DNA of 64,000 nt, from NCBI RefSeq assembly GCF_009914755.1, contig NC_060927.1, one strand, 5' to 3'. The notes beneath the pieces were generated by a model. It was given only the letters and a program-made list of their open reading frames with translations. It was not told the origin of the DNA and ran no database searches. The translations under genes and the position numbers were made by a program. Each line of letters begins with the position of its first letter. The stretch's first letter is position 1. The DNA comes from the human T2T-CHM13v2.0 reference genome, Homo sapiens. Positions 13,782-27,700 of the stretch are shown one piece after another.

Positions 13782-14758
13782 TCAAAGGTCAAGGATAGGT
13801 AAAGAATCCTAGAAGTAGTGAGAGAAAATAAATAACAAGCAATGGGGCTCCAATACTTCTGGCAGTAGACTTTTCAGAGGAAACCTTATAGGCAAGGGGA
13901 GAGTGGCATAACATACTTAAAGTCCATAACATACTTAAAGTCCTAAAGAAAAAAACTTCTACCCTTGAATAGTTTATCAGGTGAAAATATTCTTCAAACA
14001 TGAAGAAGTAAAGACTTTCACAGACAAAAGCTGAGGGATTTCATCAACATCAGAACTGTCTGACAATAAATGCTAAAGGGAGTACTTCAGTATGCAAGAA
14101 AAAGTTTGTAATGAGCAACAAAAAAATCATTTGAATGTACAAAACAGAAAATCACAGACTATTATAACATTGTAACTGTGGTGTGTGAACCACGCTTAAG
14201 TAGAAATATGAAAAGATAAAATAATAACTACAACAATTTTTCAAGACATAGTAAAATAAGATAGAGACAACAAAAGTTATAAAGCAGGGAGATGAAGTTA
14301 AAGAGTAGCATTTCTATTAGTTTTCTTTTTGTTTCTTTTTTTTAGATTTTTTAGTTTCTTTTTGCTTTTAGTTTTTATTATTTGCTTGTTTGCTCATGCA
14401 ATCAGTGTTAAGGAGTCATCAGTTTAAAATAATAAGATATGAGATACTATTTGCAAAGCTTCATGGTAACCACAAATCTAAAAACATACAATGGATACGC
14501 ACAAAAAAAAGAGCAAGAAAGTAAAGTACATCACCAGATAAAATTACCTTCATTATATGGAAGACAGGAAGAAAGGAAAGAAGATCACAAAACAACCAAA
14601 AAACAAATAACAAAATGACAGGAATCAGTCCTTAACTCATCAATAATAACATTTAATATAAATAGACTAAACTCTCCAATCAAAAGACATAGAGTGGGTG
14701 AATGGATGAGAAAACAGGACCCAATGATCTGTTGCCTAGAAGAAACACACTTCACCTA

Positions 14759-15183
<425 letters not shown>

Positions 15184-16979
15184 GAAGAGACAAAGAAGGT
15201 CATTATAGAATGATAAAGGGGTCAATTCATCAAGAGAATATAACAATTGTAAGTCTATATGCATTCAATTCTGGATCACTCAGATATATAGAGCAAGTAT
15301 TACTAGAGCTACAGAGAGAGACCGTAATTCAAAAAAGCTGGAGACTTCAACATAGTGCTTTCAGCATTGGACAGATCTTCCAGAAAGAAAATTAATACAG
15401 AAACAGCAGACTTAATCTGAAGTGTAGAACAAATGGACCTAATAGATATTTACAAAACATTTCATCCAATGGCTGCGGAATACACAATCTTTTCCTCAGC
15501 ACATGAATAATTCTCAAGGATAGACAAAACAAGTTTCAAAACATTCAAAGTAATTGAAATAATATCAAGTATCTTCTCTGATAACAATGGAATAAAACTA
15601 GAAATCAATAGCAAGAGGAATTTTGGAAACTAAAGAAACCCATGGAAATTAAACAATATGTTCCTAAATGACCAGTGGGTGAATGAAGAAAATAAGAAGG
15701 AAAATGAAAAATATCTTGAAACAAATGAGAATGGAAACACATCAGGGATACAGAGAAAGCAGTACTGAGAGGGAAGGTTATAGCAATAAGTACCTACATA
15801 AAAAAAAAAAAACTTCAAATAAATACCACGATGATGCATCTTAAAGAACTAGAAAAGCAGGAGCAAACCAAATCCACAATTAGTAGAAAGTAAAAATGAT
15901 TGAAATGAAGAAAACAAAAATAGATCAATGAAATGAAAACTTGGTTTTATGAAAAGATACCAAAAAATATAAACCTTTAGCCTGACTAACCAAGAAAAAT
16001 AGAAGACCCACATAAATAGAATTAGAGATAAAAAGCAGACATTGCAACCAATACTGCAGAAAATCAAAGGATCATTACCGGCTACTATAAGCAACTATAT
16101 GCCAATAAATTGGAAAAATTCTAGACACATACAACCTACCAAGATTGAATTATGAAGAAATCTAAACAGACTAATAACAAGTAATGAGATTGAAATAATA
16201 ATGGAAAGTCTCTCAGGAAAGAAAAGCCTGGGATCTTGTGGCTTTACTGCTGAATTTTACCAACCATTTAAAGGCAGATTAATACCAATCCTACTAAAAA
16301 TATTCTGAAAGGGAGAGAAGAATGGAATACATCCAAACTCATTGTATAAGGCCAGTATTACCCTGAAAACAAAACCAGAGAAGGACATATCAAGAAACAG
16401 AAAACTACAGACCAATATCCTTGATAAATATTGGTTCAAAAATCCTCAATAAAATACTAGCAAACTGAATTCAACAATACATTAAAAATATTATTTCTCA
16501 TGACCAAGTGGGATTCATCTCAGGGATGCAAACATTGTTCAACATATGCAAATCAATCAATGTGATACATTACACACATAGAATGAAGGATAAAAAAATG
16601 ATCATTTCAGTTAATGCTGAAAAAGCACTTGATAAAATTTAATATCCCTTCATAATATAAACCCTCCAGAAACAGGGGATAGGAGTAACATAGCTCAAGA
16701 TAATAAAATTCATGTATGACAGACCCCACAACTAGTATTAAACTGAATGGGGAAAACCTGAAAGTCTTTTCTCTAAGATCTGGAACATGATAAGGATACC
16801 CACTCTCACCCCTGTTATTGAACATAGTACTGGAAGTCCTAGCTAGAGCAATCAGACAAGAGAAGGATATAAAAGGCATCCAAATTGGAAATGAAAAAGT
16901 CAAATTATCCTTATTTGCAGATGATATAATATTTTATTTATATAAACCTAAGACTCCACAGAAAAACTATTAAAAACTG

Positions 16980-17296
<317 letters not shown>

Positions 17297-19174
17297 TAAC
17301 CTACAATATGGTATCATCGTATTCCAGTTAAAATGGTTTATAGCCAAAAGACAGGCAATAACAAATGCTGGCAAGGATGTGGAGAAAAGGGAACCCTTAT
17401 ACACTGTTGGTGGGAATGTAAATTAATACAATCACTATGGAGAACAGTTTGGAGGTTCCTCAACAAACTTAAAGTAGGGCTACTCTGTGATCCAGCAATC
17501 CCACTGGCTGAGTATAGACCTGAAGAAAGGAAATCGGTAGGGACTCCTATGTTTGTTGTAGCACTGTTTACAATAGCTAAGATTTGGAAGCAAAAGTGTC
17601 CATCAACAGACGAATGGTTAAAGAAAATGTGGTACATATACACAGTGGAGTACTATTCAGCTATAAAAAAGAAAGAATGAGATCCTGTCATTTGCAACAA
17701 CGTAGATGGAACTGGAGATCATTATGTTAAGTGAAATAAGCCAGGAACAGAAGGACAGACATTATATGTTCCCACTTATTTGTGGGATCTAAAAATCAAA
17801 ACAGTGAAACTCATGGGCATAGAGAGTAAAAGGATGGTTACCAGAGTTTGGGAAGGGTAGTGGAGGGCAGAGAGGTGGATGGTTAATAGCTACCAAAAAA
17901 ATAAGAAGAATGAATAAGACCCACTATTTCATGGCACAATAAGGTAACAATAGTGAATAGTAACTTAATTGTACATTTTAAAATAACTTTAAAAGTGTAA
18001 TTGGGCTGTTTATAACTAAAGGATAAAGGCTTGAGGGGGTGGATACCTCATTCCCCGTGATGTGCTTATTTCACATTACATGTCCGTATTAAAACATCTC
18101 ATGTACCCCATAAATATATACACCTACTATATACCCACAAAAATTTTAAAAAGAAAAATAGAAATGTGCATTTATACTGTCTTTAAAACTTACATTATTT
18201 TCCCCAAATCCCTACCCTTACTAGATGTTTTTTTGTGACTCTTTGGTCAATAACTGATTACATAGCCACCTTTGTCTATAAGGGAATCTAGACAAGCTGA
18301 GGGCAGGTTTAACAATATTGGCTTAGACAAGTCATGATTTGTCATCACTGGGTGCTGGGCACTTTGGTGCCATCCATACTCTCATTCTCTCAAGTTGTAA
18401 TTCTATTAACTAGGAAGATAAAGGGGATTGTATGTTAGGTAAGGAGAAAATAGTGCCAGATATATTGTTCCTTAGCCCTCTCCTCCCACCCCCAGCACAT
18501 AAACAAAACATACTGTGTACTATATAGTCTTAATTTCACCTAGAGAAAATCCATTTTCTAATTGTTTACTGTTCTACTCAGTAAGTGAAACTTACTTCTC
18601 CGTAACAAAAAAGTTCTTGCTCAATTCTTAACCATAGTCAATTACTTCATTTACATGAATTCATAGCATACCACTGGTTTTCTCCTTCAAACCACAACTA
18701 CTGTTTGGAACTGGTATTGAAGTTATTGAGTAAAATTATAAAGAGCATGTAGAAGACTTATGAACCGAGTCTAACTTTACTTAGAGAAGAGGAAAGAGAT
18801 TGCTGGTCCTGGTTGGGATGTTTTACATTAAAGGCAGGCAGAAGTGCAGAAGGACTGGGGCTCTTTGGAACACAGCTACCTTTTCTTTTTTGTGAAAGAA
18901 CCAAATGTGTTACATTTCCATTAAAATGGAAAAGTGGGAACACAAGGAATGAGACTTCATTAGGCTATTAGTTTTATACCTAAAATGTTCATACAGTACA
19001 CTGTGTCTCTACATACTGCCATACCGACCCATTTATTTTAATACCATCAATGTTTGAACACCAGGAGTTTGATCCTGTGGGATATTTGATTGCACACTTG
19101 CAAATACCAGCAAGTGTGGTATTTGCACACTTGCAAATACCAGCAAGCAAGGTTTATAATTAATCAATTTCAAT

Positions 19175-19640
19175 AATGACCTCCAATTGTTTACTTCTTG
19201 TATCCATGTCCTGTGCAGTGTGATTTGCTGCTCTTACCATTAAGAGGTGAAATCTCTTTCCTCGCTATTTGAATATGACTGTGCCTGGTGAGTGACACTG
19301 AACGAAAGAATGCAGCAGAAGTGATGGTGTGCCAATTCCAAGTCCAGGCTTTACTCTCTTGAGATTCTTGCAAACAACGATGTGTGCAAATCCAGGATGG
19401 CCTGCTGGAGGGAGACAAGTGAACCATCACCATCTTCACCCTGACCAACAGCCAGCCAATCATTAGACGGGAGTGAGGACATCCTAGGCCAGCCACTGAC
19501 CTGATGACTGCAGATCCATGAGTGAGCTCTGCTCAGATCAGCTAAATATGGCTGGCACCAAAAGAATGACTCAGCTGACCCACAGATTCATGAGTTAAAT
19601 ATGTCCCTTTTGTTTTAAATCACTAAGTGACTTAATGAGT
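19175..19640. mobile_element. MLT1-type MaLR solo LTR
   Basis: MaLR-like motifs (ccattaagaggtgaaatct, agaatgcagcagaagtgatggtgtgccaattccaag, cccacagattcatgag). Confidence 0.65.
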
Positions 19641-21849
19641 GATAAATGGCATAGGGTTTAAACTATCTTGTTATGAAGAAGAATAGTTGAACCACTTGCT
19701 CTGAGTAGAAGTCAATGTAAGTCACATTTTCAATAAAAAATACAGGTTTGTTGTTATATAACTTAAGGTAAATGTGCTGGCCTAAATTATCTTTCCACTC
19801 TACTCCAGAGAAATTACAGTCTGTATTTCAAGGTAATTCTGATCAAATTCTCAAAGCCAATAATGTCTCAAAAGTACTTGCAAATATTAATATATTTTTA
19901 TTTGATTTTATTAGTCATATCAAAAATCACTAAATACTTATGAATATAAAATTCTTGAGCTATTTTCCTTTTAAATTAAAACTTTTTAGTTTTAAATATA
20001 TTACATGTTCATTAAGAAAGAAAAATGCAAAAAAAAAGTGCAAAGAAGAAATTTTTGAAAAAAAGCCTATAATCCCATTGAGCCACAAAGAATTGTTTGA
20101 CATTTTAAGCTGACTTAGAGTTTCCCTAAATGGTTTCCAAATACAGACAGGGTCCAACTGGCCTCCTGCAGATAGAAATATACTCTATATGCAAATGAGA
20201 AAACTTCTGAATTTAGTCTAAAATATAGTATAGATATCTATCATGCATACACACACACACACAAATTCACACAATTACCTCCTCACAGAGGTTCCTCATA
20301 GACCTTTTTTTTTCTTTTGGGGGAGGAGGGGTGTTTGCAGCAGTAAATCAGAATAGAAAGCAGCAGCAGTAAAACGTTTTATCACCTTCTGCCTGTGATT
20401 TGAGTGCCAAAGATAATTTTCTAAGTTTTTAATCAAAATTTTGAGGGTTTTGTCACAAGCTGACCCACAAGTTCTAGAATAAAATAATGTCAATAACTAT
20501 GTTATTTATTTTTTGAGTGCATAGTATACACTAGATCTTCTGTTGCAGTCTCTACATTTATAATTCTGTTTTTCTCTAAATAACACTCTGAGATAGGTAA
20601 TGTTATTTTTATTATTTCTTTATCTTATAAAGGAAATGAAGCTTAAGAAGGCTGAGACACCTTTGAACATTTTATTTTTAGTAAATATTGGGGCAGGGAC
20701 TTCACCCAATGCAACTCATTACCAGCCTCATTCTGTTTGCCATTCAGCTACAGGGCTTCTGGGGGTCCCAAGATTCCAGAGGGGTGTCATTGTTGAATTT
20801 TGTGTGGTTCTATTTAACAAAGAATATAGGATTGATGCAGAATATATCTTATCAATCTTATTATGAAAATTCTTCTATTCAGGGTGCCTAATACATTAAC
20901 TAAACATGTGTGATCATAACTATATATATATAAAATTTTGTATTCATATAAAACATCATGTTTTTATGCTTCCTTTGGATGACAGTAGGTAGATCTTATT
21001 TCTATAGCCTAAGATCCAAAATGCATAGTAGAAATAATACTGGACATGAAGTTGCATGGACCTGGGTTTAATTTTTAATTCCTACCAGTTCAATGAGATT
21101 ATGGGCACGTGTGTTTGTTAACTTTCATAGACATTAGTCCAACAATAGATGCAACTCTTAGAACCCTGGAGGTGGATTCTCAGGCACAGTTTTATCTCAA
21201 CCAGAAATCACAAACCAGTTGACTTAAATTTGCATAATTGCTTGGTTTCAGCATTTAACTTTGACCTATTTGATGTTAAATAATAAAAAAGAAAGAATAA
21301 AAAGAAGGAAGGTACATAAAAGGAAGGAAGGCAGGAAAGGAGAAAGGAGGGAGAGATCTTGAACATATGTGGAAGCTCTAGAGATTTCACTTAAACATCT
21401 GTGTGTCCAGGTTCTCTTGAAACACAGAATATCAAACAACACAAGCACACATTCCATTAGGCAATAAAACAAGTAGAGAAGTGGCCATTTCCCTAGTTTG
21501 GGCATATGATCACTATTGTGTCACATTCTTCACTGGTTCCTTTTATCTCCCAGACCCTAAGGCTAAGTGGTAAATGTCAGGCATTGCCAAGTGTGTGCCT
21601 AACACCTCTTCTGGTGTTCCAGGCCTTAGGGTTTGAGACATAAATCCTAGCTAAATCCAAAATGAGTAAGAAAAGGGTTATATTACTGTCTTACTGTAAG
21701 TACAGTACTTTCTCCTTTCCTTAGAATTATTAATTACCATTATTTAGAGAGGTAATTGATCTTTTTTCTGCTGCTCCTCCCAACCTGCTCAAATAGAAAT
21801 TATTTTTATTTAAAGACTGGCCCTTGGTTTCACAAAAGAAGTACTCTAT

Positions 21850-22339
21850 TGAAGAAGGAATTAGTGAAATCAACAACTATAACCTAATAGTAGTAGTAAT
21901 AGAAATTTTAAAATCCTCTTAAAGTTGCTGCAAAGGGTGACCCCTCCTTACACTCAAGTTAAAAGAGAATACTAACAGCCTGTCTTCTCTCTGTGGACAG
22001 TGGACCTTATCTATACTCTCCACCTCCACATTCCTCAGCATTTATTATGGGCCCAGTGAGTTCCTGCCTGGCTGCAGGGTCACAAGACTGATAAGTTTAG
22101 GTTGCAAGACATGTTTCTCTCAAGATGTAAGAAATGTAATGCTGCCTTTTTTTCTTGCTTCTATAACTTGCATCCCACCTCACGTAGTTCCTGCCTTAAG
22201 ATGTTTAAAAGTAGGAAAAGTCCTTTGTTCGGGGTTCAGACTTTCTGGATGTATGTCTGGCTGAGTCAGTGATCACCTTGATTTGATAAACTCTCCTGAA
22301 CCTTTTTCAGTTTCTCCAGTCTTTGATTGTCCCATAATA
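21850..22339 (+). repeat. 5' LTR (490 bp)
   Basis: Starts TGAAGAAGG, ends cccataata (terminal CA mutated to TA); about 90% identical to 29312-29801 by manual alignment. Confidence 0.96.
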
Positions 22340-22343
22340 TTTC

Positions 22344-22361
22344 TGCGGGCCCGTCTGGGAT
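22344..22361 (+). promoter_or_regulatory. Primer-binding site, tRNA-Pro type
   Basis: tgcgggcccgtctgggat vs canonical PBS-Pro TGGGGGCTCGTCCGGGAT (15/18), just after the LTR. Confidence 0.8.
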
Positions 22362-22568
22362 TGGAGATGGCCTATTTTCTATCTTCTTTGCCTGTGGGCT
22401 AGAGCCCCAGGATGCAGGAGACCTGGGGTCCTTGGTGCCACCAGGAGAGTTTCAGCCTGGAAGGAGAATGTCCCTCCCTCATTCCAGAGCCCTCCCCCGA
22501 CAGCACAAATGGAACTGGTAGAAAGGGTTGCAGGACAGTCACGGGAGCAGCACATAGACATCTGAACC

Positions 22569-22577
22569 GTGGTAAGG
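22569..22577 (+). promoter_or_regulatory. Probable major splice donor in the proviral leader
   Basis: GTG|GTAAGG about 230 nt downstream of the LTR, upstream of gag. Confidence 0.55.
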
Positions 22578-23062
22578 TTTTGGCCCTAAGGCAAGACCTG
22601 TCCCATAAAGATGGAAGGGGAGCCTGATCACCTGCCAGGGTATGAGGACTAGTCTGACCTGAGGGGGTTGGGACAATTGGAGAAGGCCATTGATTTGGAT
22701 GAAACTCACACCCTAACCGACACCAGATGTGGGTGGGGCTCGTGAGTCGGTCAGAAAGAAAAACTGTTTCAGGGATGGGGAGGTGTGTGAAAGTGAGTGA
22801 AAGAGATGGTCCTGGGAGAGACCAATGTGGGGCGTGATGTGGGGAGACACAGATCTCTTAGTGTGTACTGTGTGCTCCAAGGCAAGTGTGGGAAAAACCA
22901 GACCTATGACACTGCATACGGCCCATAGGACCAGCTCTACAGCTGCAGCTAGCTGTGACAGGCATGCTCCTGGCTAAGCAGAGTCTGAACCTGCTGTAAT
23001 AGGTCCTGGTCTGGTCTGTCCAGGAGTGAAAGTGAGAGTGAAAGTGCATCACAAAGGGTGGA

Positions 23063-24780
23063 ATGGGAGGAAAAGCATCAAAGCCTACTCCATTGGAGTG
23101 GATGTTGGAGAATTTCAAGAAAGGTTTTAATGGATATTATGGAGTTAAATTAACCCCTCAGAGATTGAGAACTCTCTGTGAAATAGATTGGCCTTCTTTT
23201 AATGTTGGGTGGCTGGCCTAAGTAACGATAGACAGAGAGATAACTGGCCTTGTGTTTAGGGTCATAACCAGAGTCAAAGAACAGCCTGGGTACCTGGACC
23301 CGTTCCCATACATTGACTCCTGGCTGAGCATCATTCAAACTCACCCCAAGTGGTTACAAGCCTGTTATGAGACTTCCTGTAAGACCCTGGTAGCTCGTGC
23401 CAGATCTGAGGTAGCAAAAGAACCTAAAGGGATGGTGGAAAGAAAGGAAAAGCCTTAAGGAAAACATAAAAAACCTGTTCTGCAGGCCTTGCCCGAGAAG
23501 AGGGAGTTTCCACCTCTCTATGTCCCAATCTATCCATCTCTAGCAAGGCCAAGGCAAGATGCTGCACAAGCGGCCCCTGAGGAATCAAGTTCAGAGGAGA
23601 GTGAGCCTCAGGCATCACCCCGCAGGGAAGAGTCAGAGCCCCCTACCTATAAAGACTAAAGAAGCACTTCAAGGTGACGGGGCAGGCTGTCTCAGATCCG
23701 GCCGCACCCAAGCCATGCAGATGTTTCTCCAGGAGACAAAAAGCCAAATTTATCATGCTAAATAAGGTCAAGTACAAGGAGGGCAATGCCTTTTGGTTTA
23801 CAAGCCTTTCTCCACCACTAACCTCCTTAACTGGAAACAGCATACACCCTCCTACGCAGAGAAGCCCCAGGCCCTCATGGACTTGATGCGGTCCATCTTT
23901 GTGACTCTTAACCCTACCTGGCCTGATTGTCAGCAACTACTTTTAACATTGTTCAATACAGAAGAATGCGGGAGAGTTGCTCAGAGAGCCTTACAGTGGT
24001 TAGAAAGCAATGCATCTGAAGGCAAAAATTATGTCAAGTGGTATGCACAGGAGAGGTTCCCAGAAGCAGATCCAAATTGGGATCCAACCAGGCAGAACTG
24101 CAAAACCTGCAGAGGTATCTGGAGGCACTTCTTAATGGAATAAAGGCTGGGGGGAAAAAGGCAATGAATATGGGAAAGTTCTCAGACGTATGCCAAAAGG
24201 CTGATGAGAGTCCCAGTGAATTTTATGAAAGACTCTGTGAAACATTCCAGCTTTATACACCATTTGATCTGGAGGCTGTAGGGAATCAATGCATGGTTAA
24301 TGTGGCATTTGTGGGCCAGGCACAAGGTGACATTAGATGGAAGCTTCAGAAGTTGGAAGGTTTTGAGGGTATGAATATTATCCAGCTCATTCAAGTAGCT
24401 ACTAAGGTGTTTGTTAATCAAGAGGAGGAAATCAAGAAAGGGGCAAAGTGCATAAGCCAAGGGAAAGGCTGATTTGTTGGCTGCTGCTCTGGTTGAAAGA
24501 GAGACTGGTTTTGTGAGAGGACGTGGACATGGTCATGGATGTGGTCACGGGAGAGGACAAGCTAGGCCAGGGTTTGAAGGCTGGCCTAGGCTTGAGAGGG
24601 ATCAATGTATGAGATGCAAACAGAAAGGGCATTGGAAGGATAAATGTCCAGAAAGAGAAAAGGAAGAAAGCAGCAGCCAGGGACCTGATGCCCAGCCAAG
24701 GACTGCAGCCTCTAGCCATTGTTCTAAAGCCAGACGCTGATCTGGTTGGCTTAGCAGGAGTTGAGGAATATAAGGACTGA
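23063..24780 (+). pseudogene. gag: gag (MA-CA-NC), with stops and frameshifts
   Basis: MGGKASKPTPLEWMLENFKKGF start with myristoylation motif; PPLY late-domain-like motif ~23510; CA PFSTTNLLNWK; MHR QKADESPSEFYERL; zinc knuckle CMRCKQKGHWKDKC; ends GAC TGA. Confidence 0.95.
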
Positions 24781-27700
24781 GACAGACTGGGATCCATCTC
24801 TCTAGGCCTCCAGGAACCCCTGGTCTCCATGAAAGTGGGAGGCCAACAGATGGACTTTATGGTAGATACAGGTGCTGAACACTCAGTGGTGACATGGCCC
24901 ATTGGGCTGCTTTTTAAAAACTATGCTACTATAGTTGGGGCAACCAGACTATCAGAGAAAAGGCCTTTCTGTCAATCCAGAAGGTGTGTCATTGGAGGAC
25001 AAGAAGTCCAACATGAATTTTTATATTTGCAAAATTGTCCAGTGCCCTCGTTAGGAAAAGACTTGCTCCAGAAATTGTAAGGACAAATCTTTACACCAGA
25101 AGGGGACATGACTCTAAACCTAGGTCAAAGAAAAGCCATGATAATGACCCTTACTGTCCCAACAAGAGAGGAATGGAGACTCTATGAGAGATGCAAAATT
25201 TGTAAAGATGCATTTTGACAGTGGGGAAATGAGGCAATATATAAGGAATTATTTCTCAAGCTGCCAGGGGTCTGGGCAGAAGACAATCCCCTGGGGCTAG
25301 CCATAAATCAGGCGTCCGTAGTGGTGGAACTGCTGCGGGGCAATTACCCAGTGTGAATCTGTCAGTATCACATGCCAGTAGAAGCCACCCATGGGATTAT
25401 AAAGCATATAGACTGGCTCCTTAAATTTGGATAATAGAAAGATGTGCCTCTTCTTGGAACACTCCATTGCTACTGGTGTTAAAGCCCTCTGGGGATTACC
25501 GGCCACTACAGGATTTGCAGGCAGTAAATGAGGTTGCAGCTACATTATGTGCCATTGTGCCCAACCCATATACAATGCTTGGGCAAATTCCTGCTGATGC
25601 TGCTGGGTTTATGTGCTTATACATAAAGGATGCATTATTCTGCATTTGACTAGCTCTTGAAAGCCAGGGCATCTTTGCCTTTGAGTGGAGCTCATCACAG
25701 TATACTTGGACCAGGCCTCCCAAGGATTTAAATGCTCCCCAACCATTTTTTTGAGGAAGCACTAGCCTCAGACCTGAAGGCTTTCGTGCCACCAAGTGAC
25801 CGCTGTGTCCTCTTTCAGTACATGGATGATTTATTGTTGGCTGCACCCACAAAAGAAGAGAGCTTTCAAGGCACAGAAAGCCTCCTTCGTGTTCTGTGGA
25901 AGGCTGGCTATAAGGTATCTAGGGAAAAGGCACAAATCTGTGGCCAAAGAGCAAGGTATCTTGGCTTTAACATCTCTCAAGGGCAGTATGAGCTTGGACT
26001 TGAGCAAAAAGAGACTGTGTGCGGCATTCCTTGACCTGACACTAGACAACAAGTGTGGGAGTTTATAGGGGCAGCTGGTTTCTGTTGCATTTGGATTCCA
26101 AATTACTCACTCTTGGCAAAAACATTGTATGAGGCTACCAAAGTGGGGGAAAAGGAACCCCTCCTGTGGAGGAAAGAACAGGACATGGCCTTCAAAGAAA
26201 TCAAGAAGGTTTTGATCCAGATCCCAGCATTAGGACTGCCAGACATGATAAAGCCTTTTTACCTATATGTCCATGAAAGAAAAGGAATAGTTACAGGAGT
26301 CTTAGTACAAACACTAGGGTCATGGTATCGGCCCATGGCATATTTGTCCAAGCGACTAGACTTGGTGGCTATGGGATGGCCACCCTGTTTCAAGGCATTG
26401 GCAGCCACTGTCCTGTTAGTGGAAGATGCTAACAAGCTCACATTTAAACAAAGTTTAATAATTTGGGTGCCCCATGCAGTCGTCACCCTGATGGAGCAGA
26501 AGGGTCATGGCTGGCTTTCTAACACTAGGATGTTAAGATATCAAGGGTTTTTGTGTGAAAACCTGTATATAACCTTGGAGACTGTGAATGCTCTAAATTC
26601 AGCCACACTGCTGCCAATAGAATGGGTGGAGCATGGAAAGTCCCGTTGTGTGGCCCAGGGTATCACTGTTTTGTGGAAACAGTGGATGAAGCTGAAAAGA
26701 CTTAAAGAACCAGCCCTTAAAGGACCCAGATGTTGAATACTTTACTGATGGAAGCAGCTTCGTATTTGAAGGAAGACTGGCTGGATATGCAGTGGTAACA
26801 CTGAATTCAGTAGCCAAAGCCTGCCCTCTGCCGGTTGGAACTTTGGCCCAAAGAGCTGAGCTAATAGCTCTCAATAAAACATTGCTCTTGGCCAAAGGAA
26901 AGTCGGTATACATCTATACTGACTCAAGGTATGCTTTTGCCACTCTGCATGCCCATGAAGCCATATCTAAGGAAAGAGGATTATTAACAACTGAAGGAAA
27001 GGAAGTCAAAAATAAAAAGGAAATAGAGCAGCTCTTAGAAGCTGTATGGGCTCCAAAAGAAGTAGCAGTCATCCATTGCAAACGGCATCGAACAGGAGGA
27101 GGTGATGAGGCTAGAGGAAAAAGAAAGGTGGACAGAGAAGCCAAAAGAGCTGCAATGACAGACGTAACTAAGAAGGAAGAGGAAACCCTTACCACGCCCT
27201 TACTGGAGCTTCCCCTTACAGAACCCCCTAACTACTCCTCTAATGAAAAGGCTTGGTTTGAGCAGGAGAGCAGAAGTTACCAGAAAGGAAGTTTGTGGAA
27301 GTTCTCAGATGGGAGACTTGCCATCCCAGAAACAATAGCTCCCCAGTTCATAAAGCAATTTCATCAAGAAACGCATATGGGAAAAACCGCATTAGAGACT
27401 CGTGTAGGATGGCATTTCTATGTGCCGTGCCTAACTGCCATCACTCGAGCTGTTTGTGAGCAATGTTTAACTTGTGCCCAAAACAATCCACAGCAGGGGC
27501 CAACATGGCCCCCAGGGATTCAAGAAACTGGAGCTACACCCTGTGAAAACCTGCTTGTGGACTTTACCTAGCTGCCTCGAGCCAGAGGTTACCGGTACAT
27601 TCTAATGTTTGTCTGCACTTTCTCAGGGTGGGCCGAGGCATTTCGCACCAGGACAGAGAAAGTTCGGGAAGTAACCAGAATCTTATTAAAAGACATTATT

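Noticed and set aside
22107-22116. p53 half-site AGACATGTTT in both LTRs
   Set aside because: Only one perfect decamer; I see no adjacent second half-site.
25819-25830. YMDD RT motif suggesting a lentiviral or beta-like RT
   Set aside because: TACATG is a single CpG transition from TACGTG (YVDD), the normal gamma-like motif; all other features are class I.
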